Positions 24,530 through 36,644 of a stretch of DNA of 64,000 bases are shown here, in pieces. Location: the NCBI GenBank assembly GCA_024137785.1, contig JAHRHZ010000098.1:24183434-24247433 (forward strand), written 5' to 3'. The notes beneath the pieces were generated by a model. It was not told the DNA's origin. It searched no databases and saw nothing but the letters and a program-made list of their open reading frames with translations. Each line of letters opens with the position of its first letter. Position 1 is the first letter of the stretch. Both the position numbers and the translations under genes were made by a program. This DNA is from Ginglymostoma cirratum (lineage: Eukaryota).

Positions 24530-26494
24530 GCCAGCTGATGTGGAGTGGACCCTTACTGTGGAGCTTGCAGCCAGAGGATCCCTTATAAAGTGGTGATGAT
24601 GCACAAGAGTAACACTTGCTTGTCTTTCATGGAATTCTGCTCAGATAAGAGAGGGCCATTAGCTCTGTACGCTGTTCAGAGGCGCAGGTCAGAACTCCAG
24701 CAGCCCTTCAATGCAACAACTTCTTCTGATGGGGCAAGTAAGGGCCATGGAATGGTTCCTCCACATCAGGTTTCCATGCAGGTCAGACCTGTGACTGTGA
24801 ACTGGTACCATCCAGACAGAGGACACCACTTGATCCTCAGACTCTCTGCTCTGAACAACTGGAGGACGCACTGAAGCTATTGTATATTTGTCCTTGACCA
24901 GCTACAAAGACATGTCAATGATGTGTTCATTAGCGCCTGCTCCTGGCTGTATCCCAGTTAAAATAAACATCAAGGTATCAGCATCTAATGGGGTGGAATG
25001 TGCAGGAGGCAGCTGGTTCAATTTCTGAGGGTTCTATGGCTTCTTCGTCAGAGGTGGTAGTGGAGATGATGTCTCCTGAAGTTGCTTTTTCAAAGACGGA
25101 GACTGATTGGATACTACTGGCACTTGCAGGAGACAAGAGAGAGAATATGTTGTGAAATGGGAGGGGCAGGTGGTGATAGTAGGTCTTGCATGTTGAGAGT
25201 ACATTTCCAGTGACAGGCAGTAATTAGAGAGTAGCACAGCAATGGGCAACAATTCTTACTTGGTTGGCACAGACATGAGGTGTTACAATCACTATCTGAC
25301 CAGTCTGTATCCTCTCGCTCTAAGGCAATGATCCTCTCCTTGGAGACTGAGGAGATGGATGCCAGACATCTCTCCACTCATTTTGGCTCCCTCTGCCCTA
25401 TTATGCCATTTTCTCCTGAGGCAAATGGAGCAACTGAGTAAGTGAGTGAGTAGGCAGCACAGAGACCATGTAGGGCTAGTAGTATGTGAGTGTTAGGGTG
25501 GATGAGAGTGAGTGAGAGAAGATGTTGCAAAAATAGTCATACTGATCAAGGATGAGCACTGGCGGGAGGTGGGTGCAACAGCAGAGATAGAGTAAGTGTG
25601 AGGTATTGGAGAGAAGATGGCCGCTACAGAGAGCAGAAGGTCATGAACTTTCTTGTAGCATTGCTGAGCATTTTCTCTGGACTGTGAGCATGGCATTGAC
25701 CCAGCTGGCAACTTGGTATCAGGCTGGTAGGGTCTGGTGCCATGGTCTCCTCTGTCAGTTCTGAGGAAAGAGGACAAATCCCTCTTCTGTATCGCCCTAT
25801 CCACCAAGACTTCCAGGTCCCTGTCAGCTGAGCGGGGAGCTAATATCCCTTTCTCAGCCATCTCTGTGAGAATTCTTCACACACAAAAACTGTGAAGGGC
25901 AGCTCCTGACTGACAGTGATTGACCTGGTATACAGCTTTACTTTTAACACGGCACCAGCGCCCAGGGGAGGCAATGGCCTAGTGGTATTATCACTGGACT
26001 GTTAATTCAGAGACCCAGTTAATGTTCTAGGGACCTGGGTTTGAATCCCGCCACAGCAGATTGTGGAATTTGAATTCAATAAAAGTCTGAAATTAAGAGT
26101 CTCATGATGACCATGAATCCATTGTCAATTGTTGGAAAAGCCCATCTGATTCACTAATGTCCTTTCGGGAAGGAAACTGCCATCCTTACCTTGTCTGGCC
26201 TACGTGTGTGTCCAGACCCACAGTAATGTGGTTGACTCTTAACTGCCCTCTGGGCAATTAGGGATGGGCAATAAATGCTGCCTGGTCAGTGACACCCTCA
26301 GCCTCTGAATGAATAAAGAAAAAAAAAATCCCAGGAGCTCCTGCCAGTGGCAAGTACATTAAATGCTGATGAGTGGAACATAATGGGAGCATTGCAGGTG
26401 ATGCATAGCATGAGAAATCTCACTACAGCACAGAGAGAGAAACTTTTCAGTCCACGAATTTCATTCTTAGCTGATTTCTCGTAAAATTCAACCC
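24530..26494 (-). mobile_element. Harbinger/PIF DNA transposon relic carrying a spliced Myb/SANT-like gene
   Basis: ORF 25493..25861 MAEKGILAPRSADRDLEVLVDRAIQKRDL...QQCYKKVHDLL resembles Myb/SANT-like ORFs (APRFSDxELEVLV...QCRKKxNDL); next exon TTGCCTCAG|GAGAAAATGGCA... to CCAA|GTAAG; GGGTTGAATTTT terminus at 26483-26494. Confidence 0.65.
25965..26329 (+). mobile_element. Full-length tRNA-derived SINE
   Basis: A box TGGCCTAGTGG, B box GGTTTGAATCC, LINE-derived tail GGGCAATTAGGGATGGGCAATAAATGCTG...GAATGAATAAAG(A)n, TSD CCCAGG (25961-66, 26330-35). Confidence 0.9.
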
Positions 26495-27174
26495 CACATG
26501 TAGGTCAGAAGCCATGACGGGTATCTATCTTTCCTTTTGACCATTCATCGAATACCTTGTATGACAAACAGAAATATTTTTTGTTGAAAATTTTTTTGAG
26601 TTATGTCACTTTAATTCTGTAAATAATGGGTTAAGTCACAATGAAGAAAATGTTGCAGTTCAAATTGTAGTTGTCGTAATCGTTGTTGACTGGCATTTGA
26701 CCAAGATGCCAAACTGTTCAATTCTGATACCAAGATCCTTGGGATTTGTTCTGTATTTCGTATTGGTGACAGGCAGCTCCTTTCAAGTTTAAAAGCCATT
26801 TATTAATGACCATTTGAAAAGCAGAGACAATAAGACGTGTGATTAGCCTTGCTCCATATAGACGTGATGCAACATGTGTACGCCAAGCTACTGTGTTTGA
26901 AAAATGCACTCTCAGTTTACTGCTAGCTTGCCATTGTCACATGATCTCTAGCTCTGCTGTAAATGTCTTGTATGCAATTCGCAGCAGCCATTAAATACAC
27001 ATCACTTGGATCACAGTGTCAGAATGTAAGCTGAAAATACATAGCATTTCAGAGCTGTAAGAGCTCCAGCTACTGAAGGAAGCAGAAAGGAAGAACTTTG
27101 AATTACTGGGTAAGAAAAAAAATGGTCACTCAAGTTCTACTCCCCGTTCCTGTGAAATCAAAGGAGATAAGAAT

Positions 27175-27755
27175 CAGGAGGTGATACTGCAGCTTTATAA
27201 AACTTTGGCTAGGCTGCACTTAAGAGTATTGCGATCAGTTCTGGTCGCCACATTACAAGAAGGATGTGGAGAGGGTGCAGAAGAGGTTTACCAGGATGCT
27301 GCCTGGAATGGAGGGTATGAGCTATAAGGAGAGACTGGACAAACTAGGATTGTCTTCTCTGGTGTGGAGGAGGCAGAGGGGAGACCTGACAGAAGTTTAT
27401 TAAAATTATGAAAGGCATAGATAGGGTTGACAGTCAGAATCTCTTTCCCAGAGTTGAAATGTCTGAAACTAGGGGACATGCATTTAAGGTAAGAGGGGGA
27501 AAGTTCAAAGGAGATGGGAGGGCATTTTTTTTTATACAGAGAGTGGTAGGAGTCTAGAACATGTTGCCGGGGTAGTGGTGGTGGCAGAAATGATAGGGGC
27601 ATTTAATGGGCTTTTAGATAAGCACATGAATGAGCAAGGAATGGAGGGATATGGACTGTGGGCAGGCAGTAGGGATTAGTTTAGTTTGGCATCATATTCA
27701 GCACAACATCATAGGCCAAAAAGCCTGTTCTTGTGCTAAACTGTTCTATGTTCTG
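27175..27755 (+). mobile_element. CR1 LINE 3' fragment
   Basis: VILQLYKTLARLHL..EYCDQFWSPHYKKDV..RVQKRFTRML motifs; TTCTATG tail. Confidence 0.9.
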
Positions 27756-27769
27756 TGAGAGAATATTGG

Positions 27770-28490
27770 ACTTTATCCCCACTCTCAGTGGCAAAGCTAT
27801 AAAACAGAAACTGAATTAAATAAAAAGCCTGAACGTATAAGAGTTGCAAAGCTGCTAATCAGTGCTGGTGAAAGTCTTACAAGTTATATCACTGTCTAGA
27901 TCTCACTGAGGCTCAGAAAAGCCAGACAAGAGAGATTGTACAGGCTTTGAAGACACCTTTGAACTTCATGTTAATGATATTATGAATGGTATTTGTTTAA
28001 CATCAGAGCTCAATCAGACAGGGGAGCAATCGATCAGTAAGGGTTTCTATACTGGTAGATCCAACTAAATCTCACGAGTTTAGACAGGCGCTAGACAATC
28101 TCATTAGGGACGGAATTGCCTTAGGCATTAGGGATCCTACCGAAAGAACACATCCGGTGAGAGAGGAGGAACTTAGTCACAAGATGAGTAAGTTGATGAA
28201 GTTGTCAATACTCAGCCACAGCATGTTAGTGGGACAGCAGGTGAGGCTTTGCATTATGCTAAGAGACACTTCAGATCAAATGAGAACAATAGATTGGGGA
28301 AAAGGAAGAAATATTTGCAAAAATTCCAGCTGAAAAATCGAAGTCAGAGGACAAGGTATGCATATTGTAGAAGATACCATGTAAAAGAAAGGGGAAAATG
28401 TTCATTGCAGGGAAAGCAGTGCTTGAATTGCAAGAATCTGAATTACGTTGTGTGCAAGTGTTGGCTGGAAAGAAGTAAAACAAGCAGACC
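27770..28490 (+). mobile_element. Gypsy LTR retrotransposon gag relic
   Basis: LIRDGIALGIRDPTERTHPVREEELS (cf. LIRDRIVLGIRD...LLRE) and knuckle-like CRRYHVKERGKCSLQGKQCLNCKNLNYVVCKC. Confidence 0.75.
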
Positions 28491-28887
28491 ACCTACCAAA
28501 TCATTCTTATATATTACAAACAACAGAGGCCCCAGCACTGATGTTGTAGAACACCACAGGTCACGGACTTCCAATCAGAAAAACACCCATCCATAACTAA
28601 CCTCTGTCTTCTATGACCAAGTCAATTTTGTATCCAATTTACCAACTCACTGTGGATCCCATGTAACTAATCTTCTGGACCAGCCTGCCATGAGGAATCT
28701 TCTCAAATGCTTTAGTAAAATCCACATAGATAATATTGTTACATATGTTATCAATTGTCTCCATCACTTCCACAAAAAAAAGCGATCAAATTTGTGAGAT
28801 CAAATCAAATTTCTCCCAACAAAGCCATGCTATAATTTCCTGGATTATCCCTGTTGCCCTTCTTAAACAAGGGAGGAATCTTGGCTA

Positions 28888-28976
28888 ACAAGCATGGGGC
28901 TGGATGAACACAGCAGGTCAAGCAGCATCATAGGAGCAGGAAAACTTGACGTTTCGGGCCTAAACCCTTCATCAGA
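28888..28976 (-). mobile_element. Stand-alone hammerhead-bearing Penelope terminal module
   Basis: Reverse complement of ~9710-9798 with one difference; intact CTGATGAAGGGTTTAGGCCCGAAACGTC; 11-bp TSD AATCTTGGCTA (28877-28887, 28977-28987). Confidence 0.9.
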
Positions 28977-30002
28977 AATCTTGGCTATTCTCCAATCTTT
29001 TAAGACCTCACCTGTAGCTACAGAGGATGCAAAGATCTCTGTCAAGACCTCAGCAATATCCTCCCTTGCTTCCCTTAATATCCTGAGATTGATCCTGTCA
29101 GGCTCTGGGGATTTAGTAACCTTAATGTTTTTCAAGATACCAGCACTTTCCCATTCTCAATATGACCTTTCCTAGTAAATCAACATATTCCTCCCTAATC
29201 TTGCTAATTTCCATGTCCTTCTCCTTGGTGAATACTGTTGCAACGTATGCATTAAGGATCTCAACCACTTCTTCAGGCTCCACGTATACAGTCCTGACCT
29301 TGTCCTTAAATGGACCTAGCCTTTCCCTCGTTACTCTCCTACTCCTAATATATATATAAAATGCTTTGGGATTTTCCTAAATCCTACTTGGAAAGGACAT
29401 TTGATGGCCCCTTTTAACCCTCCTAATTCCTTGTTTAAGTTTATTCCTGTTTTCTTTATATTCTTCAGGGGCCTTGTCTGATTTCGGTTTCCTAAGCTTT
29501 GCAAATGCATCCTTTTTTCTTTTTGGCTAATCTTTCAATATCTGTTGTCATCCAGGGTTCCTGAATATTGTCATCCTTATCTTTCATCCTCACAGGAACA
29601 TGCTGGTCCTGAACTCTGATCAACTGGCCCTTAAAAGACCCTCAAATATCGGATATAGATTCATCCTCAAACAGTCACTCCCAATCTAATTTCTCCAGTT
29701 CATGCTTAATACTATTGTAATTAGTCTTCTCACAATTTAACAATTATGCCCAAGGACAAGTCTTATTCTGATCCATAACTATCTTAAAAACTTAAGGAAT
29801 TATGGTCACTGTTCCCAAAATGCTCCCCTACTTGAAACTGGCCAAGTTCATTCCCAATCTTAGGCCCCTTCGTGAGTTGGACTATCTACATTTGTTTCTA
29901 GGTACCCTCCTGAATGCACCTAATAAATTCTGCCCCATCTAAGCCCCTGGTACTAAGGGAGACCCAGCAAGTGTTAGGAAAGTAAAGTCACCCTTAAAAA
30001 AG

Positions 30003-32034
30003 TGACCTCCCACCCACAGCCTCCAACCTCATCGTTCCCCAACCCCACACCGCCCGTTTCTATCTCCTTCCCAAAATCCACAAACCTGACTGCCCTGGTC
30101 GACCCATTGTCTCCGCCTGCTCCTGTCCCACCGAACTTATCTCCACTTATCTTGACTCCATTTTCTCCCCACTGGTCCAGGAACTCCCCACCTACGTCCG
30201 TGACATCACCCAGGCCCTCCACCTCCTCCAAAACTTCCGATTTCCTGGTCCCCAACACCTCATCTTCACCATGGACGCCCTTTACCTATATACTCGCATT
30301 CCCCATGCAGATGGCCGAAAGGTGGTCCACTTCTTCCTATCCTGCAGGCCCGACCAATCCCCCTCCACTTACACCCTTATCCGCTTAGGTGAACTCGTCC
30401 TCACCTTTAACAACTTCTCCTTCAATTCCTCCCACTTCCTGCGGACGAAGGGGGTGACCATGGGTACCCGTATGGGCCCAAGCTATGCCTGCCTCTTTGT
30501 AGGTTACGTGGAACAGTCCCTCTTCCGTAGCTACACTGGCCCTATCCCCCACCTCTTCCTCCATTACATCGATGACAGTATCGGTGCTGCCTCGTGCTCC
30601 CATGAGGAGTTTGAACAGTTCACCCAATTTACTAACACCTTCCACCCCAACCTTAAGTTCACCTGGACCATCTCCGATACCTCTCTCTCCTTCCTGGACC
30701 GCTCTGTTTCCGTGTCTGGTAACGACCTGGAAATCGATATCTATTTCAAGCCTACCGACTCCCACAGCTACCTCTCACCCACCTTCCTGCAAGAATGCCA
30801 TCCCCTATTCCCAATCCCAAGGAATTCCCAATTCCTTTGCCTCTGCCGCATCTGCTCCCGAGATGAGGCGTTCCACACCTGGACATCCCAGATGTCCTCG
30901 TTTTTCAGGGACCACAACATCCCCTCCACAGTGGTCGAACATGCCCTTGACCACATCTCATCCCTCACACCCCCTCCCCGCAATAACAACAAAAACAGAA
31001 TCCCCCTCGTCCTTAGGTACCACCCCACCAACCTCCGGATTCAACAAATCATCCTCTGCCACTTCCACCACCTGCAATCTGACCCCACACCAAGGACATT
31101 TTTCCCTCCCCACCCTTATCTGCCTTCCGGAGGGACCACTCTCTCCGTGACTCCCTTGTCCGCTCCACACTCCCCACTAGCCCCACCACTCCTGGCACTT
31201 TTCCCTGCAACCGCAGGAATTGCTATACTTGCCCCTATACTCTCCCCCCTCACCCTCATCCCAGGCCTCAAGAAAACCTTTCACATTAAACAAATGTTCA
31301 CCTGCACATTTGCTAATGTGATATATTGCATCCGCTGTTCCCGATGTGGCCTCCTCTACATCGGGGAAACCAAGCGGAGGCTTCAAGACTGCTTTGTGGA
31401 ACACCTACGCTCGGTTCGCGACAGGTGACTGCACCTCCCAGTCGCGTACCACTTCAACTCCCCCTCACACTCCTTGGACGACATGTCCATCCTGGGTCTC
31501 CTCCAGTGCCACAACGATGCCACCCGAAGGTTGCAGGAACAGCAACTCATATTCCACTTGGACACCCTGCAGCCCAATGGTCTCAATGTGGACTTCACAA
31601 GCTTCAAAATCTCCCCACCCCCGACCTCATCCCAAAACCAGCCCAGCTCGTTCCTGCCTCCTTGACCTGTCCATCTTTTCTCCCACCTATCTGCTCCTCT
31701 CACCTCAACCCCCACCCCCACCTCCTACCTACCGGCCTCATCCCCGCCTCGTTGACCTGTCCGTCTTCCCTTGACTGACCAACCCCATCCTAACTCCCCA
31801 CCTATACTCACCTTTACTGGCTCCATACCCACCTCCTTGACCTGTCCATCTCCTGTCCACCTATCTGCTTCTTTATCCACCTTCCCTCTGCCTCCCCCTC
31901 TCTCTCTATTTATTTCAGAATTCTCCTTCCCCTCCTCCATTTCTGAAGAAGAACCCAGACCCGAAGCGTCAGCTTTCCTGCTCCTCTGATGCTGCTTGGC
32001 CTGCTGTGCTCATCCAGCTCCACACCTTCTTATC
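30003..32034 (+). mobile_element. Neptune-type Penelope-like element: RT + GIY-YIG endonuclease, frameshifted, 5'-truncated
   Basis: ORF 30271..31428: KGVTMGTRMGPSYACLFVG, HYIDD, NVIYCIRCSRCGLLYIGETKRRL; C/T-rich UTR; degraded hammerhead motif at 31943-31970; approximate TSD CTTAAAAA. Confidence 0.92.
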
Positions 32035-32899
32035 TTAAAAAGGTACTGTTGTTTTTATGTCTTTCCATGATCTACCTACATATCTGTTCATCTGTCTTTC
32101 TGCTGGCTATTGGGAGACATATGGTACAACCCCATCATAATGATTGCAGATTTTTTTATTTCTGAGTTTTACCTATGGGGCTTCACTGAATCAATTTTCC
32201 AAGATGTCCTTTCTTAGTGCAGCTGTGACAGTCTCCTTTATCAGTAATGCAACTCCCCAGCCCTTTCACATCCCTCTCTTTCATGCCTGAAACATCTAAA
32301 CCCTGGAACTTTGAGCTGCCATTCCTGCTCTTCTGTCAACCAAGTTTCCATAATGGCTGCAACATCATAGTCCTATGTATTAATCCAGGTCTAAGCTCAT
32401 CTGCCTTATCTGTTATACTCCTTGCACTAAAATGAATATATTTCAGACCGCTAGTTCCATTGTGTTTATTAGCTTGTTCTTCTCATTAGAATTACTTGAC
32501 TTAACTCTGGCCTTCTCCCTAGTCACTCCACATGCTGACCCACTGCTCTGGTTCCCAGCCCCTTGCCACACTAGTTTAAATCCTCCCGAGTGGCACTAGC
32601 AAACCTCCATCCAAGGATATCGGTGCCCTTCCAGTTTAGGTGAAACTCACCCTTCTTGTAGAGGTCCTTCTTGCCCTGGAAGAGCTCCCAATGATCCAAA
32701 TATCTGAATCCAAACCTCCTACACCAGCTCTTTGGCTACTTATTCAAATGTACTACCTTCCTAATTCTGGCCTCACTGACACATAGCAGAGGGAGTAATC
32801 CCAAGATTACAACCCAAGAGGCCTTGCTTTTCAATTCTCTACCAAACTCCTAAATTCCCTCTGCAGGACCTCATCATGCCTACTCCTTCTGAATAGACC

Positions 32900-34019
32900 T
32901 CTTCACTCTCACAGGAACTGAAGTTCATGTCATTGTTGGTTACTGTTCTGTCTACTGGGGGTTAAACTAGCTGATATTAATGACTACCAGTGAGATTATA
33001 AAATGCCTGAGGCACAATATAATTGGTATGGCATTGTGAAAAGTGACTAATTCATCCACTTCTTCAAGATTGGGAAATTCAGCAACATGGTTCATTTTCA
33101 CACTGTTCCCAGTTAAATGAAAAGGCCAAGGTGTCTGTCAAAATGACGAGAAAAATCACACAGAAATTGATCAGATCCAGCATAGGTTTGTACAACTCAG
33201 CCCTCAAATAGAAAAATACACCTATTGAAGGCATGGAAAGTAGTCTGATTCATTCACTAATTTCAATCACTGTACTCAAACTATTCCTCCAAATGGTAGA
33301 AAAGCTACTGAAGGCAGAAGTAGTATTGAACATGAATGATAAAATCTAGGTGAAATGACAACAAGCCAAACTTTATTTTGGTAAAAATACCAAGCTATTG
33401 CAAGAATTGAGCATAGAGAGCCAGTAAGAGTGCAAACATTCAACATTATCAACAATCATCAGTCCATGTGGGAAGGTGTAGAATAGTTGTCATCTCTACC
33501 ATACATAACAGCTATGATAGATAGATCATTACAGCCACGGATATCCACATACAACTGGAAAAAACACTGTGCCAGCATTGGATCAGGAAAATGTAATCTC
33601 ACCACCTGCCTACAGTACAGAATGACAATAATTCCCAGAAGTCCACTGCTCCCCAGCAACAGGAATAGGACATAAATAACAATTACCATGGCAATGGCAT
33701 GTGCCGTGGGAACAGCACTCCTTGAAGCACAAACATCAGGGTAAGAGTGAACACATAGCAGAGACACAGCCAACAGCAACATGCACACAAATCATTGGGA
33801 GACCTGTATAATTTAAAGACTATGGATTCAATGCCTGCACAGAGACTGACAACAGTGAAACTGGCTAGATTTAGTGATGCTTTTCTTAGTTACCTGTATA
33901 TTGAATAATTTGTGCAACTTCTAACGGCAAGTAATATTGCTTGCAATCTTTTTATTCTAATGAAACAGAAGATGTTTGGAGAAACATAGTTGTACCCTTA
34001 GTGTACTGGCAGGCTTCCT
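32900..34019 (+). mobile_element. Gypsy integrase relic and probable start of 3' LTR (continuation of 27770-28490)
   Basis: DWEIQQHGSFSHCSQLNEKAKVSVKMTRK (cf. WEFxHxTSSPHYPQSNGKAESAVK); purine run GAAACAGAAGA then TGT at ~33973. Confidence 0.65.
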
Positions 34020-35579
34020 AGGCAGCACATTCCACAGTAGAGCAACTTTGTTGAGATTGTTGATTTAATTGACCTCAGATTCAGCTGTAAGCACCTTTGT
34101 GTGCATGTGGTGGCAGCTACTTAACAGATGTCACTTAGAACACATTGCAATGCTGAATTGCGCTACTCCTTGGCAACATGAAAATAAAAAGCGCAAATGA
34201 TATTAAGAACAAACCCTGGGCAGTTCATCTCCTCACCCAACAGGAAATCAAGCAACCTTTAGAGGCTCTCTTAACTGATAATACGAATCACTTCCAACTT
34301 CAATTGCTTTCTATAAAGTGAGAGTCAGGACTGTCTTTCACGATCTACTGAATATAGCACAAGATCACAGAGGAGAACGATTGAGAATGCAGATCATAAT
34401 TTCATTGTTCAACATGTGTTTCCTGCACCATTGGAACTACTGCTATTCTTTTTTACTTCATCGATGTATTTAAATGAGTCTGGGTCTCCTGTGTTCCTGC
34501 TACATCTCGTGACTGCTTTGTGAAAGGTAACACTGGGCCTTAATGGTGGCAATGGTTTTGAAATTCCTCAAGGAATTGCAAATGACTGACTGTCCTTAGT
34601 TATATTCATGAACCAGAGTGCACACTTCAGTCACAGTTTCCTTACGTAGCCTATGCTTCTTCGTATGATATGTCTTTGTGTTACCGAGGTTGCTGTCTCT
34701 ATTGTAACAGACGTATAGTGTATGGGAGAGGATGGGGATTTTCCTCCATGATGTCTACTCAAATCAAGCAAAAATTGTGGGTAAAAGGGATAATGAGGCT
34801 CGCTGTACTAACTTCTATTTTCCTCCCCCATCTCCCATGGCATTTAGATGTTGGGGCGTTCTTTCCCTCGATTCTGTCCTCTGTAATACCTATTGAAGAT
34901 TCCAGTCTCCACTGAGATCACCTGTGGGACTTTGTTTGTGCCTCTTTAATGTCCCTTCCTGGACCTTCAAGTTCTATAATACTTGAGGGTGTGAGCCTGT
35001 GTACTTAATGAATAGTGTGAGCCATAGGATGGGTTAGGGCTGGAGTCAATAAGGAGGTGGCAACAAGCCCTGCCCATCTGAACTCTGTCCTGAAAGGAGC
35101 ACTCTGCCTTTCAGAATAGTATGGTATACACTGCAACATATATTTTTCCTTTGTTCCCTGTGCTTCTGGACTGCCTTCTCATCTTTCGTCTTTTAATGCA
35201 CTATGTTGCAGCCACTGATGATCAGTGATCAATGAGAAATAAAATTGAGGAAGAACTGTTGTGTCCTATTCACCTTTTCAGTGCTCTAAATGTTCTATTC
35301 ATTTTGTTCGCTATAGGTATAAAAATAAGTACTTTTCACATTTCTTTTTATAATGTACACTTATTGTATGAAATATAAATGACTTCCAATAATATGGCTG
35401 CTTACTCTGCCTACCTTGGTTAAAATTATGAAATACAATTCTGGATGTGATTTTAGAGTGAAGTCATGTTAAGGGATACTTTGAAAAGATAGACGATTGA
35501 GGGCAAGGTCAATAATTGAATTGAAATCAATTAAATCAACAACCTCAACAAAGTTGCTCTACTGTGGAACGTGCTGCCT
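34020..35579. repeat. 53-bp inverted repeat pair (34020-34072 / 35527-35579), 51/53 identical
   Basis: AGGCAGCACATTCCACAGTAGAGCAACTTTGTTGAGATTGTTGATTTAATTGA versus the reverse complement of 35527-35579. Confidence 0.9.
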
Positions 35580-36204
35580 GAAAGGCTTTTGGAAACAGAT
35601 TCAGTAGTAGCTTTCTAAAGAGATTCAGAAACATGCCTACAAAAAGACTATGGGTAAAAAGCAGAAGAATGTGATTAATTGAACAAGTCTTTCAAAGAGC
35701 TAACACCAGCATGGAAGGCAGATGCGCCACCTCATATGATGCCTTATTGATTGAAAATCTAAGTGGAAAAATTGAATTGTCCTATTCCTGAAACCTCTTA
35801 TGTTCCTTAATAAGTCTGGGCTGATGTGTTGTCTCCACACACAATGCATAAAATTGTTTCCTTTATGTCAATAAAAAAACATTGTTTTTTATCCAAAAGC
35901 AAATGAAGGCAAGGATAATAAAATCCACATTACAAAGTAGTACAAAATTTATCTTCTTTTATGGCTGATGTGTTCCCAACTCATGGCCTCTGGTGTTCAG
36001 TTTCCCACAATTTCTCACTTGTACTGAAGGCTGATCTGCCTGCTCTGGTTTTTTTTTTGCAGCATGACACAAATATATAGTTTCCAATTTTTTGTTCCGT
36101 CCAATTATTTTTTTAATGGGTCCTAATTTTTTTTCCTTTATTCATTCACAGGATGAGAGCATCACTGCTAAGCAGCATTTATTGCCCATCCTTAATTGCC
36201 CTGA

Positions 36205-36513
36205 TTCCAGCTTCAGTCGACTGTCTCTGGGGAGTCTGCATGTTCTCCCCATGTTTGCATGGGTCTCCTCTTGGTGCTCTGGTTACCTCCCACAGTCCAA
36301 AGATGTGCAGGTTAAGTGGATTAGCCATGCTAAATTGCCCTGTTATGTCCGGAAATCTGCAGGCCAGGTGGGTTAGCCATGGTAAATTCAGTATTACAGT
36401 GATAGGATACCGGGTGTGTCTGGGTGGGAAGCTGTTCGGACGGTTGGTGCAGACTCAGACCAAATGATCTCTTTCTGCACTGTAGGACTTCTATTCTATT
36501 CTATTCTATTCTT
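36205..36513 (+). mobile_element. V-SINE (HE1-like), 5'-truncated
   Basis: V-domain GGAGTCTGCATGTTCTCCCCATGTTTGCATGGGTCTCCTC...CCTCCCACAGTCCAAAGATGTGCAGGTTAAGTGGATT; (TTCTA)n tail; preceded by a minus-strand SINE tail at 36128-36203. Confidence 0.85.
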
Positions 36514-36644
36514 TGAATCCCTTAACAGTTTCAACAAGAAACTGAACAAACATCTAATTGGAACTGGGCTGGAAGATATCAAGAATGGTATCAATAGATG
36601 TTCTAATAATTGACTGGAAACATGACCATGGTCATGGTTGAAAA

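Larger units (their letters stand above)
28491..32880 (-). mobile_element. CR1 LINE (ORF1 esterase end, APE, RT N-terminal part; deleted) inserted in Gypsy and interrupted by two Penelope insertions
   Basis: KNIKVTKSPEPDRINLRILREAREDIAEVLTEIF..DWRIA; 32570-32870 gives DLYKKGEFHLNWKGTDIL (SGNH ORF1 end). Confidence 0.85.

Noticed and set aside
24545-24874. DPYCGAC as a semaphorin/plexin PSI-domain exon
   Set aside because: Lacks the conserved Trp and Cys spacing, has no convincing splice sites, and lies antisense within the Harbinger relic
25965-26050. tRNA gene
   Set aside because: A and B boxes belong to a SINE head; no cloverleaf, and it is followed by SINE body, tail and TSD
29974-31989. 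Multiple overlapping Pro/Ser/Thr- or Gly-rich ORFs (also at 42109-43374)
   Set aside because: Alternative-frame and antisense by-products of the C-rich Penelope sequence
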